DNA from: an uncultured delta proteobacterium
GTDB lineage: Bacteria > Myxococcota_A > UBA9160 > UBA4427
Length of the DNA: 64,000 nt
Direction of reading: 5' to 3'
Assembly (NCBI GenBank): GCA_963822965.1
Contig: CAWGJT010000005.1
Span: forward strand, 448,001-512,000
In this document: piece after piece, positions 52,501-59,971 of the stretch
Layout: every line of letters starts with the position of its first letter
How positions within the stretch are numbered: position 1 is the first letter of the stretch
Program-made: the position numbers and the translations under genes
Notes under the pieces: generated by a model
Told to the model about the DNA's origin: nothing
Database searches by the model: none
The model's input: only the letters and a program-made list of their open reading frames with translations

Positions 52501-54247
52501 CGACGTCCCCCAGCTCGTTCTGCACGCGCGCCAGGTCCTGGAGCTCTTCCGCGGTGGGCTGCGAGATGCGGTTGGCCGACTCGTGCAGGGCCTGCGCGCG
52601 CTGCAGGTCGCCCTCCTGGCTGCGCTCGCGAAGGGCCCGGGCCAGGGCGCGCTGCACGTCCGGCCGGGCGGGCGTGAGCTCCCGCGCGTGCTCCAGATGG
52701 ACCACCGCCTTGTCCGCGTCTCCGGTCTCGACGTAGATCTCGCCGAGATCGTGCAGCGCGTCGACGTCGTCGCCGTCGAGCTTCAGCACCTCGAGATAGG
52801 TCGCCGTGGCGGCGTCGGTGTCCTGCAGCGCCTCCTGGGCGCGCGCGACACCCCGCAGCCGTGCCGGCGTCGGCTCGGAGGCGGCGATCGCTTCCTGATA
52901 CGACGCGAGGGACTCCGCGGGCTGGCCGATGCGCGCCTGCAGCGCGCCCGCCGCCTCGCTCGCCACGGGCTTCAGGTCGGGGTCGAGCCGCATCGCCTGG
53001 GCAAGGTCCACCTGGGCCGTCTTCGCGCGGAGCTGCTCGGACGACCGCTTCGCGGCCTCGAGGAGATAGCCGGCGCGCTCCTGGGGAGAGCTCTCGGGCA
53101 GCGCGGCCAGGCGCTCCAGGGGAAGGGTCTCCGCGGGCGCGAGCTGCGCCGCACGCTGGTAGCTCTCCTTGGCGTCGTCGATGCGGTTCGCCGCCTCGTA
53201 GGCCCGAGCGAGGCCGAGGTTGGTCTCGGCGTCGTCCGGCGCCAGCGCCACGCTCTGCTCCAGGTACGGCACGGCGCCGCGGGCATTGCCCCGGGCCAGC
53301 TGCACCTCACCGGCGGCCAGCAGCAGCGGCGCGTCGTCCCGGGCGGCCAGGGCCTTCTCGGCCCGGTCGAAGATCAGCTTCCAGCCCTGGGTGGCGCGAC
53401 CCTGGGCGACCACGAGACGCGCGTGCTCGGCGATGGAGAGTCCGGGGCGGGTGGACGCGTCCTGGATCTGGTCGCGGATCGCGGACACGAAGGGCGACTC
53501 GAGCCCGTCGAGCTCGCGCCAGGCGACGGCCAGGGAGTGCGCGTCGAGCGCGACCAGCGCCCGGCTCGCCGCCGCGAGCTGGTCGACGTCGGGAACGCCC
53601 TCCGAAGGCGGCTGCATCGGCTCGCCCGGGGCCAGGGCCGGCAGCACCTGGAGCAGCGCGGGATTGGTCGTCGCCGCCAGGGTGGTGAGGGTGCCCACGC
53701 CCACGGCCCCGCCCACCAGCCGCGGCGAGGTGGCATCGAGCGACTGCGCGCGCATGTCGATCTCGACCATGTCACGCCTCGCCCGCAGATCCACGAGCAG
53801 GGCGATGCCGGCGCCGGTGCGTCTCGCGCGTGCGATCTCCGCGTCGCCGCTGGCCTCCGCTTCCGGAAGTCCCGGCGACGTCCCGAGCGCGGGCGACTTC
53901 GCGGCCCCCATTTGCTTCATCGCCCGACGGGTCACGTCTCCGGGCACGACGGCGACACCCACCCGGGCAAGCTGCTGCCGGACGAACTCCGCGTACCCCA
54001 GGGCGACGGGTGCGAGTGTCGGATCGATGTGGGACGGCGCCACCAGCACGGGGCGCGCCACGGGCGCCGGCGCGGTGTTCGCGGGAGCCGCGTCGGTGCC
54101 GGGCGCGGCGCCGGGCGCCTCGGCTCGGCCGGGTCCGGTCGCCAGCAGCACGAGCAACGCCGACAGAAGGCCGGCCGTCGTCCGGCCGCGCAGAGCGCGG
54201 ACGATCCTCGGGCCCGAGGCCCCGGCGTGAAGGACACGGGGATGCAT
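49514..54247 (-). CDS. Large membrane-spanning TPR-repeat Ser/Thr (Hanks) protein kinase, 1577 aa
   Basis: N-terminal signal-like segment, many TPR-like repeats, TM near aa 815; C-terminal kinase LGRGGMGVV, VALK, HRDIKPSN, DFG, GTPNFMAPEQ. Confidence 0.9.
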   Translation of the reverse strand: MHPRVLHAGASGPRIVRALRGRTTAGLLSALLVLLATGPGRAEAPGAAPGTDAAPANTAPAPVARPVLVAPSHIDPTLAPVALGYAEFVRQQLARVGVAVVPGDVTRRAMKQMGAAKSPALGTSPGLPEAEASGDAEIARARRTGAGIALLVDLRARRDMVEIDMRAQSLDATSPRLVGGAVGVGTLTTLAATTNPALLQVLPALAPGEPMQPPSEGVPDVDQLAAASRALVALDAHSLAVAWRELDGLESPFVSAIRDQIQDASTRPGLSIAEHARLVVAQGRATQGWKLIFDRAEKALAARDDAPLLLAAGEVQLARGNARGAVPYLEQSVALAPDDAETNLGLARAYEAANRIDDAKESYQRAAQLAPAETLPLERLAALPESSPQERAGYLLEAAKRSSEQLRAKTAQVDLAQAMRLDPDLKPVASEAAGALQARIGQPAESLASYQEAIAASEPTPARLRGVARAQEALQDTDAATATYLEVLKLDGDDVDALHDLGEIYVETGDADKAVVHLEHARELTPARPDVQRALARALRERSQEGDLQRAQALHESANRISQPTAEELQDLARVQNELGDVDGAILTLEHALLRRRLSMYGRQALADAYLARGDRERAEEVMEVVRLVSGESAGTSAAEQGAATSQSFDALLQSFVTPEGYGDRVAFLGLRSGDHWRDRLVEWLHPKAPNLAAIETGLLAAIDRSHSLVGAPASTPEMLGASLDDLRRFDADVSRSAELISFVNLSLDTDAVFLGRVLHPLGSIGAVAACGSRPYYVLELRKLGGRAEGEVSLLANRACVEAGPDSAYVAWNRKALVGWGLLALLLLRPAIRGWGRVVVRVRAPQHGRALFSISISRRPRKFKEDKKQSAAPSWRFEKRLQAVRGNERRLKGTFMVFGMVPARRKPYYVTVRGPLLDLGTDKLIGEFLEEKTVSVRRWRTVEVKFDMRTQTAAITVVPQLAGGSIDQARVALRGDPQSLRFVSGGQAYVYAAPGSHVVVVGAADRVVEVPLELDSSKPVTLRVDMDDVQGIVFSGCTEAVGPYVEGDYTAAATALQEAGDPASADRVRALHLRRKGDTEGAARVLENAGMHAESVKLRSGDSSSTATGLSAELLEKAGEHARAGEAYEAEGDLAAAARNYEAAYDYQRAADCYGEVGDVEKALAMLEALGDVYEAGKYAAEHGQIDRAIHSLQQVDSRHGFYSEGCRLLADLLTRRGEIDLAVEKYAEALEIWGPDNAPLDMQRAYAELLEQASRPQDALTIYERIRRRDVHFGDVSARVEDLKKHISQEVETSPRDSSTVLANSATSARIGDENSRYELLEELGRGGMGVVFRARDRNLGRVVALKVLPENLRQHPQAVKLFLREARAAAALNHQNIVTLFDAGREGDTYFLTMECLEGSGLESVLASRGPLPTRAAATVGLQVAAGLDYAQRSKIVHRDIKPSNLFLTRDRTVKIMDFGLAKMVEEVRRGSTLIGGTPNFMAPEQATGGDVDHRTDLYALGGTLFELVTGTVPFESGDVVYHHVHTPPPDARERNVDVPAAMAELIMHLMAKKPEDRIQSARELATRLQAILRA

Positions 54248-54256
54248 CGCCGTTGC

Positions 54257-54284
54257 GTATCGGCTCGGGGGTTTCCCCTGTTGA
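54257..54284 (-). promoter_or_regulatory. Sigma-28/FliA-like promoter (TCAA-N16-GCCGATAC) before the kinase
   Basis: GCCGATA -10-like element ends 9 nt before the ATG at 54247. Confidence 0.45.
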
Positions 54285-54345
54285 GCCGGGTTCCAGCCGG
54301 GATTCACTTCTACGCTCCGGCCCCACACTTTTTCGCGCTCCCGCT

Positions 54346-55209
54346 TCAGCGCGAGCGGGCCGCACGCCAGGCCCGGACGATCTCCGGGTAGCCGTCGCGG
54401 AAGCTCTCGTACCGGAAGCGATAGCCGGCCTGGCGGATGCGCTTGTTGCGGCAGCGCTTGCTGCCCGCGCGCCGGGGCGGCAGCGGCTCGCCCGGCGCCC
54501 CGGTCGGCGGCGGCTCGACGCCCAGCTCCGCCGCGACGAAGCGGAGGACGTCGGCCTCGTCCGCCGGCTCGCAGTCCACGCCGAGATAGAGCGGCGCCGC
54601 GTCGGGGATCATCAGATGGCGCAGCACGCCCGCGGCGTCGTCGCGGTGGATGCGATTGGTGAAGTGCGGCTCGGGAGCGATGCGCGCCTGTCCGCTGGCC
54701 ACCTGCTCGACCAGGCGCGTGCGTCCCGGACCGTAGATACCCCCGAAGCGCACCACCGTCGCGTCGAAGCCGCTCGCGAGCAGCAGCCGCTCGGCCATCA
54801 GCAACGTCTCGCCCGTCGGCCGCGTGGGTCGTGTGGGCGAGTCCTCGTCCACCCACTCCCCCCGCTCCTGCGCGTAGACCGAGGTGCTCGAGGTGAAGAG
54901 TACGCGGGCGGGCTTCTCGCTCTGCTCCTTCAGGGCGCGCAGGAAGCGTTCGAGTCCGTCCAGATAGGCGGTGCGGTAGGCCTCCGCCGAGCCACCGTCG
55001 GGCGATACGCAGTAGACCGCGAACTCGATTCCCCGGGGCAGAACCAGCAGGCTCTCCCGGCGGGCCAGGTCCGCCGCCAGCGGGTGGATGCGGGGCGGCA
55101 GCTTCGAAGGGTCCCGGCGCAACCCGAACACCTCGTGACCGTCGTCGGCCAGCTCGACGCCGAGCGCGCTGCCCACGTAGCCGCAGCCCGCGATCACGAT
55201 GCGTGCCAT
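54346..55209 (-). CDS. NAD-dependent epimerase/dehydratase, atypical SDR (YeeZ-like)
   Basis: IAGCGYVG, FTSSTSVY, RFGGIYGPGR, TNRIHRDDAA. Confidence 0.88.
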   Translation of the reverse strand: MARIVIAGCGYVGSALGVELADDGHEVFGLRRDPSKLPPRIHPLAADLARRESLLVLPRGIEFAVYCVSPDGGSAEAYRTAYLDGLERFLRALKEQSEKPARVLFTSSTSVYAQERGEWVDEDSPTRPTRPTGETLLMAERLLLASGFDATVVRFGGIYGPGRTRLVEQVASGQARIAPEPHFTNRIHRDDAAGVLRHLMIPDAAPLYLGVDCEPADEADVLRFVAAELGVEPPPTGAPGEPLPPRRAGSKRCRNKRIRQAGYRFRYESFRDGYPEIVRAWRAARSR

Positions 55210-55266
55210 GGCCCCCCCGGTGCGGTGCAACGCCCGTGCACTCTACCCCTGTATACTGCGCCCCGC

Positions 55267-55977
55267 ATGCTGCCCCTGGTCGGCATCTCCCAATCTCTCG
55301 ACGATCGCGGCCGCTGGCGCCAGGGACGTGATTATGTGTATGTCGACCTGGCCTATGCGCGCGCCGTCGAGGCGGCGGGGGGCACACCGGTGCACCTGCC
55401 GGTCCAGCACGATCCCCGGCAGCTGGTGTCACGCCTGGACGCGCTGCTGTTGCCCGGCGGCGACGACTTCCTCCCCGAGGTCGCGAGCCCGGGCTACGGG
55501 GACGACGTCCGCTTCGACCCCACCCCGCCCACGCAGATCGCCTTCGACACCCAGCTGCTCGTGGCCGCGCTCGACCGCGGCATTCCCGTCCTGGGCATCT
55601 GCTACGGCATGCAGCTTCTGGCGCTCCACCGCGGGGGTCGCCTGTACTACCACCTGCCCGTCGACCGACCGGACGCGGGCTGTCACGCCCTGCCGGAGGC
55701 TTCCGGCCGCCATGCGCTGCAGACGGTGCCAGGGTCTCGACTGGCGGCCATCCTGGGAGACGATCCGGTGCCGGTGAACAGCCTGCACCACCAGGCCGTC
55801 GCGGAGCCGGGGTCGGGGCTCCGCGTCTGCGCGCGAAGCCCCGACGGCGTGATCGAAGCCATCGAGGCGGACGGCCCCGGCTTCGTCGTCGGCGTGCAGT
55901 GGCACCCGGAGAAGCTCGACGAGGCCGGGCGCGATCCGCTGTTCCGCTCGTTGGTCGCGGCGGCTCAGAGCCTGTGA
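55267..55977 (+). CDS. Gamma-glutamyl-gamma-aminobutyrate hydrolase family (peptidase C26, PuuD-like)
   Basis: LLPGGDD, LGICYGMQ, VNSLHHQAV, VQWHPE (Cys-His-Glu triad). Confidence 0.9.
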   Translation: MLPLVGISQSLDDRGRWRQGRDYVYVDLAYARAVEAAGGTPVHLPVQHDPRQLVSRLDALLLPGGDDFLPEVASPGYGDDVRFDPTPPTQIAFDTQLLVAALDRGIPVLGICYGMQLLALHRGGRLYYHLPVDRPDAGCHALPEASGRHALQTVPGSRLAAILGDDPVPVNSLHHQAVAEPGSGLRVCARSPDGVIEAIEADGPGFVVGVQWHPEKLDEAGRDPLFRSLVAAAQSL

Positions 55978-56126
55978 AGGAATCCTCGACCGAGTCAGGC
56001 GTTGCGCCGGTGGGTCGGATGCAAGGCGCGACGACGAGGCGTAGCGCGCCTACGCCGAGGAGGAGCAACGCCGCAGACGGCCCGCCGCCACAAGCCTGGC
56101 GACCGAGAGGATTCCTTCACAGGCTC
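55968..56126. mobile_element. 159-bp MITE-like non-autonomous element
   Basis: Perfect 20-bp TIR GAGCCTGTGAAGGAATCCTC / GAGGATTCCTTCACAGGCTC; flanking TCA direct repeats at 55965-55967 and 56127-56129; no transposase. Confidence 0.85.
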
Positions 56127-56363
56127 TCAGCCGGGGGCGCCGGCCTCCGCGTCGGAGAGCTCGTGACCGCTGCACCAGCGCAGGCCGCCGTCGAGGTAGA
56201 TGCGGTGGGCCAGCTCCTCCGCCGCGCAGCGGGGCGCCACGAAGCGCATGCGGAGGTCCTCGATCTCGAGCGTGCAGCTGTCGACCGCTGAGCGGTCCTG
56301 GGCCCGGCGGAACCCGTCGAGCAGGCTGTCCCGGGACGTGAATCGCAGATCGAACACCTGCAC
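56127..56363 (-). CDS. Small hypothetical protein (78 aa)
   Basis: GGGAGG SD before the GTG; VQVFDLRFTSRDSLLDGF...HRIYLDGGLRWCS; coding-like codon usage. Confidence 0.6.
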   Translation of the reverse strand: MQVFDLRFTSRDSLLDGFRRAQDRSAVDSCTLEIEDLRMRFVAPRCAAEELAHRIYLDGGLRWCSGHELSDAEAGAPG

Positions 56364-56572
56364 GGGCCACCTCCCTTCGGACGCCCCCGGATGAGGAGGG
56401 GGCCTCCGGTTCGAGAGCAAATTCCGTGCCCAGGCGCGCGAGCGCCGTGGAGAGCGTCCTCCGCGGCCGAGGTTGCTCTGCAGCCCGCCCGAGTGCCCAG
56501 CCCGTGGGCGAGGACCGCCCAGCCCGTGCGCACAGGGGTCTTTCGCCAGGGCTCGCGATAGGATCTGGCGCC

Positions 56573-57328
56573 GTGCGCGCCGTCTACTCCTGCCTCTTCT
56601 GGGCGTTTCTCGCCCTGTCCTCCATCGGGATGTTTCCCGTGGCGGTGGTGGTGTGGGTGCTGACGGCGCTCGTCGACCGGCGCCTCTGGCTGCTCCACCG
56701 CGTCACGTGCTTCTGGGCCTCGCTCTACACCTGGCTCAACCCCGCCTGGAACGTCACGGTCACCGGGCGCGAGAAGATCGACGAGGGCGAGGCCTGCGTG
56801 TTCGTCGCCAACCATCTGTCCCTGCTCGACATCCTGGTGATGTTCCGGCTCTTCTCCCACTTCAAGTGGGTGTCGAAGATCGAGAACTTCAAGGTGCCGT
56901 TCATCGGCTGGAACATGCGGCTGAACCGGTACATCCAGCTGCGCCGCGGCGACCGCTCGAGCGTCGTGCAGATGATGCGGGACTGCGAGCGCACCCTCGC
57001 CGAGGGCAGCTCCATCATGATCTTTCCGGAGGGCACCCGCTCTCCCACGGGGCGCATGCGGGGCTTCAAGACGGGGGCCTTCGAGCTGGCGCTGAAGAGC
57101 CGGACCCCGATCCAGCCCATCGTGCTCGGAGGCACCGCCGACGCCCTGCCGAAGCGCGGCTTCATCCTGCAGGGCAGGCATCCCATCTCGATCACCGTGC
57201 TCGACCGCATCCCGTACGAGAGCTTCGCCGAGCTCAGCGTCGAGGAGCTGACGGCCCGGGTGCGAGCGCTGATCGCGAGCCACCTCGACGAGAAGCAGCT
57301 CGAGCCGGTCCCCGAAGCGCCCGCATAG
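56573..57328 (+). CDS. 1-acyl-sn-glycerol-3-phosphate acyltransferase (PlsC family)
   Basis: NHLSLLD (HX4D), IFPEGTRS, FKTGAF. Confidence 0.92.
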   Translation: MRAVYSCLFWAFLALSSIGMFPVAVVVWVLTALVDRRLWLLHRVTCFWASLYTWLNPAWNVTVTGREKIDEGEACVFVANHLSLLDILVMFRLFSHFKWVSKIENFKVPFIGWNMRLNRYIQLRRGDRSSVVQMMRDCERTLAEGSSIMIFPEGTRSPTGRMRGFKTGAFELALKSRTPIQPIVLGGTADALPKRGFILQGRHPISITVLDRIPYESFAELSVEELTARVRALIASHLDEKQLEPVPEAPA

Positions 57329-57359
57329 CCCGAACCCGGGCTCCCGACCCCGGGCGGCG

Positions 57360-58868
57360 CTAGTCCGCCGCTCCGGGGCGTCCCGCCGCTCGGGCGAGGT
57401 CCGCACGGCGCAGCTTTCCCGCGGCCGTGCGCGGCAGTGCGCCCACCCGGTGGAAGCGGACGGGCACCTTGAAGGCTGCCAGCCGGCTGCGGCAGAAGCG
57501 GGCCAGGGACTCCTCGTCGGGCGGCCGCCCCGATGCTGACTCGACCGGCACCCACCAGGCGATGGGGCGCGCGCCGTAGCGATCGTCCGGAAGGCTGCCC
57601 ACCCCGGCCTCGGCGACGCCGGGATGCTCGAGCAGCACCGCCTCGATCTCCGCCGGATACACGTTCTCGCCGCCCGAGACGATCAGATCGCTGCGGCGAT
57701 CGAGGACGGTCAGGGTGCCGTCGGCGTGCAGCCGGCCGACGTCGCCGGTGTGCAGCCAGCCGCCGCGCAGCGCGCGAGCCGTCTCCTCGTCGCGACCCAG
57801 GTAGCCCCGCATCACGGTCGGGCCGCGTACGAGGATCTCGCCGGATCCGCCGGGCGCCGCGTCGACCCGAACCCGGACACCGGGCAGGGGCCGCAGCCCG
57901 CAGGCGCGGGAGTCGCCGGGGGCCCGCGTCGCCACCTGCGACGTGGCCTCGGTGAGACCGTAGGTGGGCGCCACGGGATAGCCGAGCGCGCGCGCGCGCC
58001 TGAGCAGCGCGTCGGGAACCGGACCCCCGCCCACGAGGATGCAGCGCAGGTCGGCGGGCGCGCGCGCGTCGCCCCGCGCCTCGAGCACGCGGGCGAGGGT
58101 GTTGGCCACGAACGAGACGTCCGTGACGCCGTCCACCTCCAGGCTGCGCGCCACCGCGGTCGCGTCGAAGCCCGGGTGCACGTGCACGCTCGAGCCGACG
58201 AGCAGCGCGCGCACCAGGATCGAGAGCCCCCCCACGTGGAAGAGCGGCAGACAAGCGAGGCAGCGGTCGCCCGGCCGCGAGCCCAGGAGCTGCTGCGAGG
58301 CGCGGGCGCTGGCCAGGAAGTTGCCCGCGGTGAGCACCGCGCCCTTGGGCCGCCCGGTGGTGCCGCTCGTGTAGAGCACGGCCAGAGGCGCCTCGAGATC
58401 CAACGGAGCCGGGTCCTGCGCCGGCCGCCGTGCCCGGGAAGGGCCGGAGACGAGCTGCGAGAAAGGGAGCGGCTCGCTGACCGGATGCCCTCCCGACGGC
58501 TCTCCCGACTGCACCTCCTCCAGCGCCGCGGCTGCGAGGGTCGCGAGGGCCTCGTCACCGTGCACGAGCCAGCGCGCCCGTGCGTCGCGCAGCAGGAACG
58601 CGATCTCGGGCGGCGTGAGCCGCAGGTTCAACGGCAGCACGACGGCACCCGCCAGCCAGGCCCCGTGCAGCAGCAGCGGAAGCTCCGCCGAGTCGAGCAG
58701 CACGGCCACCACGTCGCCCGGTGCGACCCCGAGATGGACGAGCGCCGCGTGGACGTCGAGCGCCTCCCGCTCGAGGTCGGCCCAGGAGAGGCTGCGCGCC
58801 GGCAGCCGCAGCGCCGGCGCGGACGGCGTCGACCGCGCCCGGGCCACGAGCCAGGGGGTCGCGTTCAC
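57360..58868 (-). CDS. menE: O-succinylbenzoate--CoA ligase
   Basis: YTSGTTGRPKG, LPLFHVGGL, TYGLTEATSQ, SGGENVYPAEIE; position in the men operon. Confidence 0.92.
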   Translation of the reverse strand: MNATPWLVARARSTPSAPALRLPARSLSWADLEREALDVHAALVHLGVAPGDVVAVLLDSAELPLLLHGAWLAGAVVLPLNLRLTPPEIAFLLRDARARWLVHGDEALATLAAAALEEVQSGEPSGGHPVSEPLPFSQLVSGPSRARRPAQDPAPLDLEAPLAVLYTSGTTGRPKGAVLTAGNFLASARASQQLLGSRPGDRCLACLPLFHVGGLSILVRALLVGSSVHVHPGFDATAVARSLEVDGVTDVSFVANTLARVLEARGDARAPADLRCILVGGGPVPDALLRRARALGYPVAPTYGLTEATSQVATRAPGDSRACGLRPLPGVRVRVDAAPGGSGEILVRGPTVMRGYLGRDEETARALRGGWLHTGDVGRLHADGTLTVLDRRSDLIVSGGENVYPAEIEAVLLEHPGVAEAGVGSLPDDRYGARPIAWWVPVESASGRPPDEESLARFCRSRLAAFKVPVRFHRVGALPRTAAGKLRRADLARAAGRPGAAD

Positions 58869-59971
58869 GCAGCGCACCCGGCGGGCACGACACCGAGACC
58901 CGGCCCGGCCGGCAGCGCGATCACCCCGCGCCGCGGCACCGGCGCGCGCGCGAGATCGGACTCCAGCAGCGCCGCCGTCGCGAGCCCGCAGGCCGGGAGC
59001 GGACCGTCGAGCGACGCCGCCAGGTGTAGCGCCGCGGTGAGACCCACCGCGGCGTCGAGCCCCGAGGTGACGACCGCCGTCACGCCCCGGGCACGAGCTT
59101 CGACGGCGAGACGGCGGGCCGCCCGCAGCCCGCCCACCACCGACGGCTTGAGCACAAGGAAGTCCGTCGCCTCCCGGGCGAGGATCTCCCGCACCCGCGG
59201 CGGCGAGCCCGCGCTCTCGTCCACCGCGATCGCGACGGGAACCTGGCTGCGCAGGCAGGCGAGCGCGTCGGCGTCGGCCGGACCGGTCAGGGCCAGCGGG
59301 TCCTCCACGTACTCGATGGCGAAGGCTGCCAGCGCCTGCAGCGCTTCACGGGCCTCCCCGAACGTGAAGCCCGCGTTCGCATCCAGGCGGATGCGGCCCC
59401 CGGCGCCCACCGCCCGGCGCAGGGCGGCCACCCGGGCCAGGTCGAGCGGCAGGTCCCGGGCTCCCAGCTTGAGCTTGAAGGTGTCGAAGCCGGCCGCCGC
59501 GGCGCGGCGTCCGGCTGCGTACACCGCCTCGGGGTCGGAAGCCTGGACCAGCACGTTCACCGGGACGGCGCGGCGCGGGGCGCGCCCCCCCGCCAGCCAG
59601 TCGGCCATGCGGCGACCGGCGGCACGCGCTTCGAGATCGGCCAGCGCCGTATCGAGCGCGAAGCGCGCGGCGGGCGCCGTCGGCACCTGGGACTCCGCGC
59701 GGTCGAGCAGCGCGTCGCGATCCCCGCTGCGGGCACCCTGCACGAAGACGAGCCATCGCGAGAGCACCTCGGCACTCGCCTTCGCGTCTTCCCCGGCGAA
59801 GCCCGGAAAGCCGGGAATCGGGCAGGCCTCGCCGTAGCCCCGGGTGCCGTCGGCAGCCTGCAGCACCAGCAGCACGCCCTCGCGGGTGGTGAGTCGACCG
59901 CGCGCCGTCGGCAGCGGAACGCGAAGCCCCAGCGTGAACGGGTGGAGCCGCCCCGAGACGATCAGTGCCAC
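58865..59971 (-). CDS. menC: O-succinylbenzoate synthase
   Basis: GYGEACPIPGF, FKLK, RLDANAG, YVEDP, IAVDES, VLKPSVVGG, ACGLAT; start uncertain (three in-frame GTGs). Confidence 0.88.
   Translation of the reverse strand: MALIVSGRLHPFTLGLRVPLPTARGRLTTREGVLLVLQAADGTRGYGEACPIPGFPGFAGEDAKASAEVLSRWLVFVQGARSGDRDALLDRAESQVPTAPAARFALDTALADLEARAAGRRMADWLAGGRAPRRAVPVNVLVQASDPEAVYAAGRRAAAAGFDTFKLKLGARDLPLDLARVAALRRAVGAGGRIRLDANAGFTFGEAREALQALAAFAIEYVEDPLALTGPADADALACLRSQVPVAIAVDESAGSPPRVREILAREATDFLVLKPSVVGGLRAARRLAVEARARGVTAVVTSGLDAAVGLTAALHLAASLDGPLPACGLATAALLESDLARAPVPRRGVIALPAGPGLGVVPAGCAA

Noticed and set aside
50387..54391. Very long alternative-frame and antisense ORFs (e.g. 50387-54391 +, 36078-39107 +, 31003-33600 +)
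   Set aside because: They shadow well-supported genes, have Arg/Pro/Ala/Gly-rich or antisense-typical composition with no motifs, and are expected in DNA this GC-rich.
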